Source of the DNA: Leucoraja erinacea
Taxonomy: Eukaryota
Direction of reading: 5' to 3'
Assembly: GCF_028641065.1 (NCBI RefSeq)
Contig: NC_073407.1
Location: forward strand, 15,252,001-15,316,000
Length of the DNA: 64,000 nt
Each line of letters opens with the position of its first letter. The first letter of the stretch is position 1. The translations under genes and the position numbers were made by a program. The notes under the pieces are model-generated. The model was not told the DNA's origin and did no database searches. It was given only the letters and a program-made list of their open reading frames with translations. Below are positions 12,981-25,039 of this stretch, one piece after another.

Positions 12981-13540
12981 TGAAGGTTTGCTTTTTAGAG
13001 CAGTACATTGCAGAGCCTACCCTGGAATGGGCTACTTCAGATTTGATTTTATAGAAAAAGGATGGATTAATAAGAGATTATGCATTTAAATATCCCCAAT
13101 GGGGTAGTGCCCATGATATGATAGAATTCAAATGCAATTTGAAGATGAACACGATAAGTCTATAACCAGTGTCTACAATAAGAGCAAAGATATAAACCAC
13201 AACCATTTCTCACATAATTTTCATGCAGGTGTAACTGAGCACCAATGAAAAGCAGGAAACTCTGGTTAATTCTCCCCTCTTGAAACATCAACAGTCACTA
13301 AGTTAATTGCCCTGACTATTGTCCCAGACATTCCTATCTTTGTTCTCTCGCCCTTCCACAACACACATTGCTTTGTTCTAAGTAGCAGCCATCAACATGC
13401 AAATTCAGCAAGATGGATTCAGCTGCTTAATCTCGGCACCCCATCCACAGACCATAGGTTTGAATGTTCCCAGTGACCGGCAGTGTAATATATTAGTACT
13501 AACAAGCTGCAATTTTCACTAATCTATTAATTCTTATTAC

Positions 13541-13675
13541 CGTCATGCCAGCTCGATGTACGAAGGATTTCATTGCTTCCAACGTGCCCCGTGTTTGACC
13601 ACGCTCCCGATCCCGGCGGATCTGCTCCAGAGTGCTGGCATTGGTCTGCAAGGTGTTCAGAGCCTGGACTGCATC
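13541..13675 (-). CDS. FPGS: FPGS exon 2
   Basis: ttctag|GAT...ACG|gtaata, 135 nt; DAVQALNTLQTNASTLEQIRRDRERGQTRGTLEAMKSFVHRAGMT. Confidence 0.95.
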
Positions 13676-14419
13676 CTAGAATTCAACATATTCAAAGTAA
13701 GCAATCTCTGTGTTGTTCATGTTCAATGGAATCACACAAAAAAAGTAAATTCTTGATCTTTCAATCCAGCCTGTTGCAGCCCTTGCACCTTTCCTTTATC
13801 TGCACTTTCTGTTGCTGCAATACTATATTCTACATTCTGTTTATTTTTTTCTTTTGCAATACCTGTTGTACTCATGTATGGTAAGATGTAGCTGATAGCA
13901 CACAAACACGTTTTTTCACAGGAGCTCTGTAATAATAATCTAAGTGGATCCTATATCTAAAATAACTATCAGGAACAAAATGTCCCAAACGTAAGTTGCC
14001 ACTGCCAAAGCAGCCATCTGTCAGGCTCCTGAACATGAAGAAAAACAAGTGGTTAAAAATAAATTAATCTAAATGACAGATGGGGGCTCACCACTGCTGT
14101 GTATTAAATTAACATGGGAATTGGCTAATAATCACTATTGATCAACATTCACTAATTCTCGCTGCAAAGCAGGGATAATAGACATTAAGAATCACATAGA
14201 GCGAGAGGATCAAAGGGCAACCGGCAACCATGGAGCCAGGCCATCAGCATTTCCACGACCTTCACTTAAAGAAACACATCCACAATCAGGTGTATGTAAA
14301 TGTAGTTCAAGGCTGGATTTTTACATTATATTCCACCTCCCTTCACATCACTTTCACCAAAGGGAATATGCCTTCACATACCTCGGTCAAGAAATACAGA
14401 ATAATTCACCCAGTGCTTT

Positions 14420-14580
14420 TCAAAAAAAAAGTGCTGGAGTAATTCAGCAGGGCTGACAGCACCTCTGGAGAACATGGATAGGAATGTTTTGGGTTGGAAC
14501 CCTTTTTCTGACCAACTGTGGTGAGGGGAGAAAGTTGGAGTAGGAGTAGGTCAAAGTCTGGCAAGTTAGAGGTGGATGCA

Positions 14581-14618
<38 letters not shown>

Positions 14619-15090
14619 GAAAATTGGCAGATAAAAAAACAAAAGTGTGAGATAAGGATAGAAGAAGGGTGAATTGTGAAGCCAGAGTAAGGAATATAGG
14701 TGGAAGGTGAGGAAGAGAGGGGGAAAAAAGAGAGGCAGGAATGGTGTAGGTTAGTTACCTAAAATTGGAGAATTCAATGTTCACACTGTCCAAGAGGAAT
14801 ATGAGATGCTATTTCTCCAGTTTGTGTATGGGCTCTCTCTGGCAGTTGAGGTGGCCCAGATCAGAATGGGAATGGGTAGAGAAGTGAAAATGGTTTGCTA
14901 ATCGACAGATCCTGATAAACTGAGTTCAAGTGTTTGGCGAAATCGTCTTGCCAATGTAATGAAGGCCACATCAGGGTGAGGTTAAAGGCGGTGCATATGA
15001 ACCTCTGTCTCACCTTGAAGGACTCCCTGGAATGGTGCCTGGACTGATGCGAGTGAGGCAGGTGTTACATCTCCTGCGATTGCTCAGGAA
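14420..15090 (-). mobile_element. Penelope-like retroelement 3' fragment (decayed GIY-YIG endonuclease plus terminal repeat) in FPGS intron 1
   Basis: Minus strand reads, with frameshifts, FKVRQRFICTAFNL..CGLHYIGKT..ANHFHFSTHSHSDL..KLEK*HLIFLL..NIEFSNFR*, the typical PLE endonuclease C-terminus, then a pyrimidine-rich tract and the short terminal repeat family; G37 run at 14581-14617. Confidence 0.8.
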
Positions 15091-15699
15091 AGATTTTCAC
15101 CAATCTTTCTTTTATCAGTTTTGTCTCTTGTTCTGTGTGACGTTTTCATTTTTAGGTGATGTCTTAATGAATATGATTACTATTTATGCAAACTGTTTCT
15201 GACATGTGCAGTTATCAGAAGTCAAAAATACAGCATGGAACAGGATTATAAAATATTCTTCTCAAGCAAGTTCCAGGAATTTATTTCAGTTTTATCTCAC
15301 GGGGAACTGACAATGCTACTATCTAGAATCAGGAGAGTCCCAACCCGAAACATCGCCTACCCATGTTCTCCAGAGACCCGCTAAGTTACTCCTGTACTGT
15401 TTTCTTTTAAACCAGCACCTGTTGTTCCTTGAGTCTCCACGTTGCTGTCTATACTTGCCACCCGCCAACAACCAGCTGATAAAGTATAATGTCTACTTCT
15501 CAAGGGAAGGATAGAAAGAATAATTGCCAAAGAGACACGGGAAATGACTTTGGAGCCCGTCCCAAAGCAACTCACCTGTATGGAGTACGCAATGTGAAAC
15601 AAGGATCCACCCACTTTTGGAAAAAGTTGTTAACCGCACTTTAATAAAAGTTTACTGCGATTATAAGGTCTGTCTCCGGACCACCTGTCGGAACTCCTT

Positions 15700-17050
15700 C
15701 CTCTGCTGGTCACGGGGAGTTGCCAGGGGCGTTGAGGAGCAGCTGCCCCTCGGTCCGGCTGCCAGCGCCGCGGTCAAAGCCGCTGAGCGGGAAAGCGCGG
15801 GTTCCGCAGCTCATCCTTTACTGCTTGGTCCCGGGGGCAACTTCGCACCCACCTTGACCCCCTTTGCCCCTGCACTCCCAACAAATATCATCAGGTCTGC
15901 GGCACCCAGCCAACTTCTTGCCCCCACACCCCCCACATCACTCCCTCAGACTTTCCCGCAAGGTCCTACTCGGGCCCGGTGTCTCGGTACCGTGCGTCCT
16001 TCCCCCCCCAAACCCTGCCCGGGCGCCGGTCGTGTTCCCCGCCCCCCTGCCCGGACCCTCTCCCGGGTCCAATCTCCCCCTCCCGGCCCTGGACATCCCC
16101 ATGGCCCCTGATCAGGTATCCCAGCCCAGCCTCCCTCCCCTGGACATCCACCGGGAGCCGGGCCGCTTTCCTGCGGCGGCGGCGGCAGCAGCGGGCCGAC
16201 CGGCCTCACCTGGTAATCCATGCCGGGGATGTGCAGGGCGGCTTTGGTCGGAGCCGTGCTGTAGCTGGCCGGCCAAGCCTCCTTGGGACTGCCCAGCGCC
16301 GCCCCTTTCCTCCTCTCTTCAGCCTTCACTCGACGTCTCAGCGCCTTCACCAGCGCGCGGAAGAGCCGCGCCATCGTGAGCCGCACCGAGCAACACGTGG
16401 CTCATCGCCACCTTTGACCCCAGGCCCGCAGCTGCGCGGCGAACACTGCCCGCCATCTTTGATGCTGGCAGCGCCCTCCACTATTGATGGAAACTCAATT
16501 CATCTGGATCCTCACATTTAATTCATTGCTTTTCCCCACCCTCGTTCCCTTACATAATTAAGCCGTTCTGCCCATCAAGTCTACTCCACCATTCAATCAT
16601 TTCTGATCGACCTTTCCCTCCCAACCCCTTCTCCTGCCTTCTTCCCATAACCCGACACCCTCACAATAAGCGAGTTCGGTATTCCGACTGCGCATACCCA
16701 GGTCATAGATCACTTGCTATAAACATTCTCTGCAACTGTGGAGCTGCATTATGTGCAAGCTTGCATTTCGCCCATGGTCGGGGTCGGGCCCGGGTCTCCA
16801 GCGCTGTTGAGATGCTGCTGGGCCGTCCCCGTCCCTTCCCGGGTGTCCCATCCCTGCCCAGGGTGGCCCTGAACTTGCAGCTGGCGCGGGGGGGGCGGGG
16901 GGGGCAGGCGCTGGCTCCAGCTCGGCTCTGCCTGTCCCGTCGGCAGCCATTGACTGTCCCGCCCCAGACTTGCAGCAAGGAGGGGGAGGGGGGAGGGGGG
17001 GGTTGGGGTGGCGCTGGCATCAGACGACCGTACGGTCCTCTCGTAAGTTA
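15700..17050. promoter_or_regulatory. CpG island / FPGS promoter region
   Basis: Sharp rise in GC and CpG around exon 1; CACGTG E-box at 16394-16399; GGGGCGGGG GC box near 16892-16900. Confidence 0.8.
16210..16374 (-). CDS. FPGS: FPGS exon 1: Arg-rich putative mitochondrial leader from ATG 16374; cytosolic start MDYQ at ATG 16221
   Basis: MARLFRALVKALRRRVK...HIPG-MDYQ|gtgagg; splices in phase 0 to DAVQALNTLQTN; same two-start layout as mammalian FPGS (..MEYQ). Confidence 0.9.
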
Positions 17051-17289
17051 GGGTGTAATTCCAATGTCATTACAGATGTTGGACTTTCTCTTTGTAAGTA
17101 TAATACTACAATGCTGTAACACTAAATTCTGTATTCTATTATTTTTCTCTTTGCACTACCTGTTGGACTTGTGTATTGCTTGATTGTACTCATGTATAAT
17201 ATCAAAAGTCAGGACTGTTGAATTGTCAAATGTTATCAAAACAGAACAATTAAATTCTTACTTGCAGCAGCATAACCGATATGATGACC

Positions 17290-18190
17290 TTGAGGTCGTA
17301 TCTGGTTGTCTTGTTTGATTATGCATCACCAGACTTGAATGTCAGAGATCTGGATTGCCGGCCTCCTGGTTCATCAAAGACGTCTGGTTGGGGAATATTC
17401 AGACAGTTTTGGTGGAATACCTCGCCGCACATTTTGTTATGAAGTTGGTAACAACCATGGCATATTTGCTCATGTTTCCATGTCCTTGAACATCACCCAG
17501 TCTACCTCCTCCAAGCAATCCCAGTCGTTTTTCTTCCTCCCCTCAAAGCTTTAGGCAGTCCTCACTGTTGAGGATGCACTTTTCAGTCGCTGCCTGTACT
17601 CCGAGGGAACGAGCACAGCCACATGGTTGGATTTCCCAAAGTGAGAGTGAGGAATGCAGCGATAGGTGTCTTTGATGGTGGAAAAGCAGTGGTGGACGTT
17701 TGGTGCTTTGGTGCTGCTGGCAGTTTGGAAGTGACCTCTTCAAACTGGCATTGTTGAGGTTCCCAGCTATGATAAGAAAGGCGTCAGGGTATGCCATCTC
17801 GTGTTTGTTGACGAGTGTGGAGCTCCTCCAGTGCTAGACGAACGTCTACCTGGGATGCAATGTGGACTGCGGTCATGACGATGGAGGTGAATTCCCTCTG
17901 GAGATAAAAGGAATGGCACTTCACTGCCAGGTGTGCAGCGTAGGAGTTGGACAAGACCACTATGTCTGAGCCTCAGTTTACCATAAGGCAGACATCACCT
18001 CTTTCCTTTGCCGATGCCTCAGATGCCATGTGATGAATGGAGAAATCTTTGGGCTGAAGGGCTGAGTATGGGGAGCTTGCGATCAGCCATGTCTCAGTAA
18101 GACTGAGCACACATCATTCCCTTATCCGTCTTTGATAAAGCAGCTTTGCCTGAAGTCCTCAACCTTATTTTCCAGTGACTGTACATTTGA
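17290..18190 (-). mobile_element. Decayed Rex1/Babar-type LINE, endonuclease region
   Basis: YPDAFLIIAGNLNNASLKRSLPN-type APE-domain remnant with many disablements. Confidence 0.65.
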
Positions 18191-18376
18191 TTTGACTGGC
18201 TAACAAAAGTAACAAACGAAAGCTATTCACTGTATCTTGGGACACATTACCATAATAAAGCAATATTCTAACCGGCAGTGTAACGCTCATACACAATAAT
18301 TTGAGAAATGTGCATCAAATAGAGCAATTCATTAATTGGAGGTTTGACTGGTTCCTACCCAATAGTATCACCTAGG

Positions 18377-18893
18377 GTCGACACAAAATGCTGGAGTAAC
18401 TCAGCAGGACAGGTAGCATCTCTGGAGAGAATTCTTTACTCAGGGAGTGGTAGCGGTGTGGAATGAGCTTCCAGTGGAAGTGGTGGAGGCAGGATCGTTG
18501 GTATCATTTAAAAATAAATTGGATAGGCATATGGATGAGAAGGGAATGGAGGGTTATGATATGAGTGCAGGCAGGTGGGACTAAGGGTAAAAAGTTATTC
18601 GGCACGGACTTGTAGGGCCGAGATGGCCTGTTTCCGTGCTGTAATTGTTATATGGTTATAAGAAATGGGTGATGTTTCGGGTCGAGACCTTCCTTTTTGC
18701 TGAACTCTTGTTGGAGAGAGAATTTCTTCAAAGTAGATACCTTGAGGAGATTTCGCAGTAGAGCGGACAAATGTGTAGGAAAGAACTGCAGATGCTGGTT
18801 TAAATCGAAATCAAAATGCTGGAGTAACTCAGCGGGACAGGCAGCATCTCTGGAGAGAAGGAATGGGTGATATTGGGTCGAGACCTTTCTTCC
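18377..18893 (-). mobile_element. Tandem Penelope terminal-repeat element with a nested CR1 3' fragment (about 18431-18660)
   Basis: Flanked by a 14-bp direct repeat tagtat(c/t)acctagg (18363-18376, 18894-18907); two gggtga..gggtcgagacc units about 200 bp apart. Confidence 0.75.
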
Positions 18894-19806
18894 TAGTATT
18901 ACCTAGGAACTGGAGTAGAGCTTTACAGGAAAACAAATCAATCTTCAAAACTGTTGTTTGTGCAGGTATAAAATTATAGGTAACACAAGGGTAAATGAGA
19001 AACAAATAGTAATTATCTAGAATTCTTCCATATGGTGCAGCAGACATGTATACAAAATATTCCAAGATTTTGTCCCTGCTCTGCATTTGAAACAACGCAA
19101 GAAGCCAAGAATTAGGATTTTACACATCAGGATTATACAAGGTGAAATATACCTTGGAGAATTAATATCTGTAAACACTGATTGTAAGGACAGAGTTAAA
19201 TTTAATCAGTACCCTCCACACTTAAGTAGTCAGGTGACACTGACAAGGCTCTTGGCTGGTATGCACAAAGGCAAAAATAAAACCTGAAAATGGTCTTTCA
19301 GGAGATAGAATTCTAGAATGATTAAATGGTCATATGTAGAAATGAACAATAAAAGGTAGGGATAGGATCGAGGGCTCGAGTGATGATTTTTGAGGCTGTA
19401 ATTATTCAAATAATACTTTAAATATTGTTCCAGACATCAAATGGCATTTGGGGCAAGGCAGAAGATCGCAACTGCATTATTAGGGCAAAAATAGATTTCC
19501 TATATTCAACACATTACAGCTATTTGTAACCCGATACACAAATAGTTCAATTTAAAACTGAGGTATTCACTGTAAATATTTGGAGTAGCCAAGACATTTG
19601 CTGATTGGCAGTTTGCAATGTATACTGATCAGAAAACCTACGGACAGATTATTCTCCTCTTCAAAGATAAACCTAGTCAGCACTTTAAAAGTAGCACCAA
19701 AATAAATATAAATAACTAAGACAAGAAATCAAAACAAAGCTATACACAGTGAAACAGCAACAGACCACAAAGATATGGAGAGTAGCAAAGGATTGTCTTA
19801 GAACAA

Positions 19807-19812
19807 TTTATT
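19807..19812 (-). terminator. Probable CDK9 polyadenylation signal AATAAA (3' UTR about 1.7 kb)
   Basis: AATAAA on the minus strand, with TGTA motifs upstream and a GT/T-rich tract downstream (TCTTTGTGGTCTGTTGCTGTTTC); the interval back to the stop codon is AT-rich with no recognisable transposon. Confidence 0.6.
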
Positions 19813-19862
19813 TAAAAACCTAGGATTCGTACTCACTGAAGTGACTTTTTATAAACTGTTAA

Positions 19863-19946
19863 ACATTTTGCATATGTTCTAATGCAGTATTGTACAGAGT
19901 AACTACATTTTGCATATGTTCTAATGCTGTATTGTACAGAGTAACT
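19863..19946. repeat. 42-bp tandem duplication (2 copies, 1 mismatch) in the putative CDK9 3' UTR
   Basis: acattttgcatatgttctaatgc(a/t)gtattgtacagagtaact x2. Confidence 0.95.
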
Positions 19947-21475
19947 AAATCTTTTACGTGTACATTGTTAGAACGGAAGAACTGCACATTAAATATTTCT
20001 TAAACCACTCGAGGACTGAGACTAAATAGACATTCTGATCACTGGAATTCAAACATCTGGAAATACTGGCATTACACCAATAGGAACAGACTGTTTTATT
20101 CGGCCAGCGGACAAGATGCTTTTTGGTCAAGACGGAGAGTTGGAATAAAACAAAAAAACTGAAAATGAAATCAATAGCACAACTGCATTTTTTAAAATAA
20201 TTTTCTTTTTTTTTTAAAATGTTCTCTGAATCCATCTTGCCGAAGAAACCCGAATCCTAATTCAACAGCAGTTCTGCAACTACTTAACTGAACCCTCGCA
20301 TTGCCTTTTTTTCCAGAGAGCACAATACTCTCTGTAGCTAGAGCTAATGAAAACATTTAATTAACTAACCCAGTAAAGAGGCACACTGTCACACCATGAA
20401 GGGCAGGGGAAAGCTAACACTTCTCCGAAAGCTGCCGATGACATTGTCTAATTTTCATTCTACTCATTTTGCTTTTAGCCAGCGTAGGGCAGGCACTTAT
20501 AGACTCCTCTCGAGAACAGGCGCAGCAATGAGGCAGTATCAGAACAGGAATCAACAACATGTTGGCGCAAACAGAATTTACTACAAAGTTTCAGTATGTA
20601 CAAACCTCTATGAAGTATATCAACTCATCTGCAAGAAGAAATTTCACTTTTTTTTCTTAAATCCATCAATAATTGAAAAAGCATGAAATGTAAAAAACAC
20701 CAATACCTCAAAAAGAAGCAAATTTCTTGTAATGTTTTTGGTTTGAGGAAACAAAGCCATAACCTCATTAATATTCTATAACTGACAAATGGTTTAGCAG
20801 TACTTTAACCTGTTCCAGGTGCTTATAAATGAACGGTTTTAAATACACTCTGATATAAGCTCATTAAAAAGTAATGACTCAGCATTCCAAGTGCCCTCGA
20901 GAGCACAAGCCTCCGGAAATAAAATCAGTTTCTTGTTTTTACCAAGAACCTCTTGCTTGATGAGCAGAACAAGAGAAAAGCTATTATCCAGCCTACTGTC
21001 TGTAATGCTTTGTTAAACACACTTGCTTGAGGTGAAATGATTTGACTTTTCCCATGTTCCTTTTGGGATGCTGTCTGGTTGCAATATACTCGGCGAGGGA
21101 AATCTGTCTACAAACTTAGATCCCAGGATAAAACAGAGTATGTATGTAAAGAGCCAGTTATTTTGCTCCAGGTACCGACTCGAAGGTAATTCAACATCAA
21201 TGTTGGAATGATTGAACACAAATCTCTAGAATAACAAAATTATGCTCAACATAACTGGGGAAAACAGAAATCAATCCAAGACCGTAAAACAGAACCTCTG
21301 AATGTTACCTTTGGACCCACAGCTCTGGAGTACCTTTAGCATCCAATTAGTAATAGGCACAATTAATGTGTAACAGTTCAACATTGATTAATCACAAAAC
21401 CTCAAATATGGCACTATCTAAATAAATAAACAACCTGCCTCGAGCAACTCTACAATCCCTAAACTTCAAACATTT

Positions 21476-21841
21476 TCAGAACACCCGATCAAATTCCGTC
21501 TGGTTGGCTGCAGCAGGATTCTTGTTCTGATTGGTTGACTGCTGAGGCATGTGACTGCCTCGCCTCCTGGGAGGGGCTAAATACTCAAACATTGATTGGT
21601 TGTGGGTGGAGAGCATGTTTTTAAGGTCAGAAGGCATGGGGTCAGTCCAGAAGAAATCGTGGTTCAGGGCATCATCACTGTCGGTCCTCTGGGTGGGATC
21701 GAGGACAAGCAGCTTGTCAATGAGGTCCAGTGCATAAGGGTCCTTCACGTAGGCTTTCAACCGGTCTTTAACTTTTCGCTTCTGACCTTTCGGCAGTTCC
21801 AGCTTTTGGTACAGTTCATACTTCTCAACATTAGGCCAAAC
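21476..21841 (-). CDS. CDK9: CDK9 exon 7 (terminal coding exon, stop TGA)
   Basis: tttcag|GTT; VWPNVEKYELYQKLELPKGQKRKVKDRLKAYVKDPYALDLIDKLLVLDP...FWTDPMPSDL...TEFDRVF*. Confidence 0.98.
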   Translation of the reverse strand, partial: VWPNVEKYELYQKLELPKGQKRKVKDRLKAYVKDPYALDLIDKLLVLDPTQRTDSDDALNHDFFWTDPMPSDLKNMLSTHNQSMFEYLAPPRRRGSHMPQQSTNQNKNPAAANQTEFDRVF

Positions 21842-22479
21842 CTGAAATCAAGCACATTGTTTATCTCCATTAAAATGAAAGGTTTGATTCTCACAATGTC
21901 CATCAACATTTTATAACTGGCAATAATGAATGCTACTCAATACTCATACCATTACAAAGTACTTCCCCTCGGCCAAAACTGATCATGACTTCATTCTAAA
22001 ATGCAAAGATAATCCCCTTATTAATTGTCTATTTAATCCTTTCCGTTTTCATCTTCAAAAACAGGAGGATTTTTGTTAAAAAGATGAACACCAACTGCAA
22101 CGATACCTCTGCTATTCCCTATGCCCAAGAAGCCAAATCTTCTCCCAGATCTCATCTTTCAGCAATTTCCACGGACATAACATCATACTTCATTCTGTTC
22201 ATTAAATCCATCTTGTATTCACTCCACAAAGCAGACAGCCAACTTGCAGAGTTTCACCATTGTAGAGAAGACTACATTACTAGTGCTGAATGGAGTGACT
22301 GGATTGGATGATGTGCACTGGATTGGAAGATATAAAAGGACAGCCGAACAAGTTCCCACATTAAAGGTGTAATTGAAATTTGCACAGTACATTTACAAGC
22401 TGCCTTACACCCGAGAAATTATCACCAAGCAGATAAAGACTAATATTCCCTGGCAAGAACAGAGCCCAGCAGGACATAC

Positions 22480-22628
22480 CTCGGCTGTAATGGAGCCACA
22501 GAGCTGACTGATCAACGTTAGCTGATGCTGTTCTGTGTTGCCCTGCATTATTGGACTCCGGGTCCACATCTCAGCCATGATGCATCCAGCACCCCACAGA
22601 TCTATGGGTGGTCCATAGTCTCTCTCAC
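22480..22628 (-). CDS. CDK9: CDK9 exon 6
   Basis: ttccag|GT...GAG|gtatgt, 149 nt; (G)ERDYGPPIDLWGAGCIMAEMWTRSPIMQGNTEQHQLTLISQLCGSITAE. Confidence 0.98.
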
Positions 22629-23589
22629 CTGGAATTGGAGAAAGGGGAAACAAATACCTTATTAAAGGAGGTGAAGACCATGACTTGCAGATATGTTACC
22701 CTCTCCAGTTTCCCACCCTGCAAATACTACGATTCACTCCCAAGGATAGGTGGCCTTCAATAATTTATTCCAGGAGATGTTCTTCCATGTAACCCCACGG
22801 TGAATGCCAACTGATTAAATTACATCAAATCACAATACTATCCCATACAAACAGATATACTTCATCCAACATTGTGACTCCCTGGTTCATTTCCCCCCTT
22901 CTCACAGGGAAACAAAACCACCAAAAGAAATCCTCGCCAGAATTTGCTAATTGAGCACAGGTCCTAGGATGTTGTTTTATCCAGTTTTGTTGACAAACCC
23001 ATGATAGATGTGGCTAGGCTATTCTCTTCCATAATGTATTATAGGAAAAATACTGTGAATACACAAGATCACTGATCAATCCTAAAGACCCAATGAATGA
23101 GGAATTAAAAGAGGAAGCCAGTTAATTCTTAGAAAATGCTTTTAAAAAGAGTTCCATGATTAACTTGAGAAATCGACTTATAATATTAAAAACAAAAGAG
23201 ACGATTAAACAGGTTATTTGCAGGAGTTAGCTGAAAATCTCCAATGGTTTAAAAGTTGTTCCTTGTCTATGAATTGAAATCAGAACAGCTGCAGTAAATA
23301 TCACGAGGGAAGAGAAAGCTGGTGACAACAAGAGAGACCTCTCCTGGCTACAAGATGTATACCCTCAGATTATTTTCTACTGTATTAGCACCTCCAATGG
23401 GCACTGCACATGCCCCAAATATTCACTGTACTATACCATAATTCCATATGTTAAAGGACAGTATCTGATACAAATTCTAATTAGCCCTGTATGAAAAATA
23501 AGATAATCTGTTATTGTGACTCTCACAATCATTATAAAGGTTTATTAAACCTTGGAACAGAGATGATTCTCACAATTATGACAACGTTA

Positions 23590-23690
23590 TAAGGGTGGAA
23601 GTTTGCAACCTTCACGTGCTCCGCCCTGTTTCGACGAATGCATTCAACCTGGCGTGCACAATCAAATAAGATCAAATAGAACAAGTTGTT
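23590..23690 (+). mobile_element. Short interspersed repeat; second copy inverted at 55795-55940
   Basis: ggtggaag.ttgcaaccttcac.tg.tccgccctgtttcgac.aatgca...agatcaaatagaa.aagttgt present in both copies. Confidence 0.75.
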
Positions 23691-23726
23691 ATTACCAAGC
23701 TAGACACAGAGCTTAGGGACACTTAC

Positions 23727-23898
23727 CTAACAAGAGCTCTGGTGGTCGATACCACAGGGTCACCACCCTGTTGGTGTAGCGATTTGGCTGGCTGTTCTTG
23801 GCCAGACTGAATGCTCGAGCCAGACCAAAGTCGGCCAGTTTCAGCACACCATCCCGAGTGATTAGAACATTGGCTGCTTTCATATCTCGATGCAAAAT
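23727..23898 (-). CDS. CDK9: CDK9 exon 5 (HRD, DFG, T-loop)
   Basis: ttgtag|ATT...G|gtaagt, 172 nt; [57 protein letters not shown]. Confidence 0.99.
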
Positions 23899-24539
23899 CT
23901 ACAAACAAAAATGCAAAGATAATGTAAAACTGTTACTAAAATGAATAGCTTTGCAGTTATTGAGATCCACACTTGAAATGGTGAGCCTTGCAGAGTTCAT
24001 TATTACATTGAGGTGTCGCACAATTGGCCTGTTAAAAGAGACAGACTTGTATTTATCCAGCAATTATTTAGATGTGCAGTATCACATAGGGATGTACAGT
24101 GATCACCATGCACACCATGCACTACACAAAAAATGGCACACAGAATTGTTTTAATTCATTTAGAATTTGAGAACATCATTGCCATTTCCTAAATGAGAAA
24201 CTGAAGGCACTGATGTGTCGTTGTGGGCTAATGCATCCTCTGTGGGGCGAAAATAGTCTCAAACTGCAAGTTCTTTTCACAACATCAAGACATGTAAAGC
24301 AACTTTACATCCAACAATACTGACCATTTAATCTATGCTGTCAGTTCAAAAGTCAAACCTCAGCCTTGAAACAATCCCCATTTAATAGAGCTCCAGGTAA
24401 TTTTAGTTAACAAGATTAATATAAAGCAGGAAAGTACATTTAGCTTTACAGTGGTCAGCTACTTACATGGCTGTGACCAAGACTGCAAGCTGAGCTCTGC
24501 GAGCAACCCATCAAACCCCGCTAGGTCGCTCTATCTCAC

Positions 24540-24706
24540 CTTGTTCCGATGGATGTAGTAGAGCCCATTCAGCAACATCTGCATCACCTTCTTGATTTCT
24601 GCCAAAGTGAACTTCACGTTTGCATTGCTGAGCAGTCCAGCCAGGTCATGCTCGCAGAAGTCAAAGACCAGGTAGATGCTGCCCTTGTAGCGATTATACT
24701 GCGTGG
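24540..24706 (-). CDS. CDK9: CDK9 exon 4
   Basis: ctccag|CC...AAG|gtgaga, 167 nt; (A)TQYNRYKGSIYLVFDFCEHDLAGLLSNANVKFTLAEIKKVMQMLLNGLYYIHRNK. Confidence 0.98.
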
Positions 24707-25039
24707 CTGGAGGGATTACACAGAAATAATCCATCACTGCCCCCTTTCAGCATCACTGTCTCCGCTACAAACCCCAATCTCATCTGTTTGAACTGAAACA
24801 ACAGTGAGCTGGGAACAGAGACAAGAGTTGGAGGACATTTGGTTTGTTGAGTCTTCCTTACCTATACTTTCACCAGCCATTACTTCAGGCAATAAGCTGA
24901 ACTGAGTGCAGTCCTCAAGCTAGATCAGTGATTGGCAAATCATTACTCCCATAAACAAACAGATGGGCAACAAAAAAGATCAGTCATCATTCACGCTTGC
25001 TATCCATCAGAAAAATACATGGCAGTTACAAGCATTGGA

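Noticed and set aside
15617-16521. Long Pro/Ala-rich plus-strand ORFs (164-180 aa)
   Set aside because: By-products of the GC-rich CpG island antisense to FPGS exon 1 and intron 1; low complexity, non-ATG starts and no recognisable domain
24923-24992. C/D-box snoRNA-like pattern in CDK9 intron 3 (ATGATGA...CTGA on minus)
   Set aside because: Only a 2-bp terminal stem, about 220 nt from the acceptor, and no rRNA or snRNA complementarity that I can recognise; would need snoscan/Infernal
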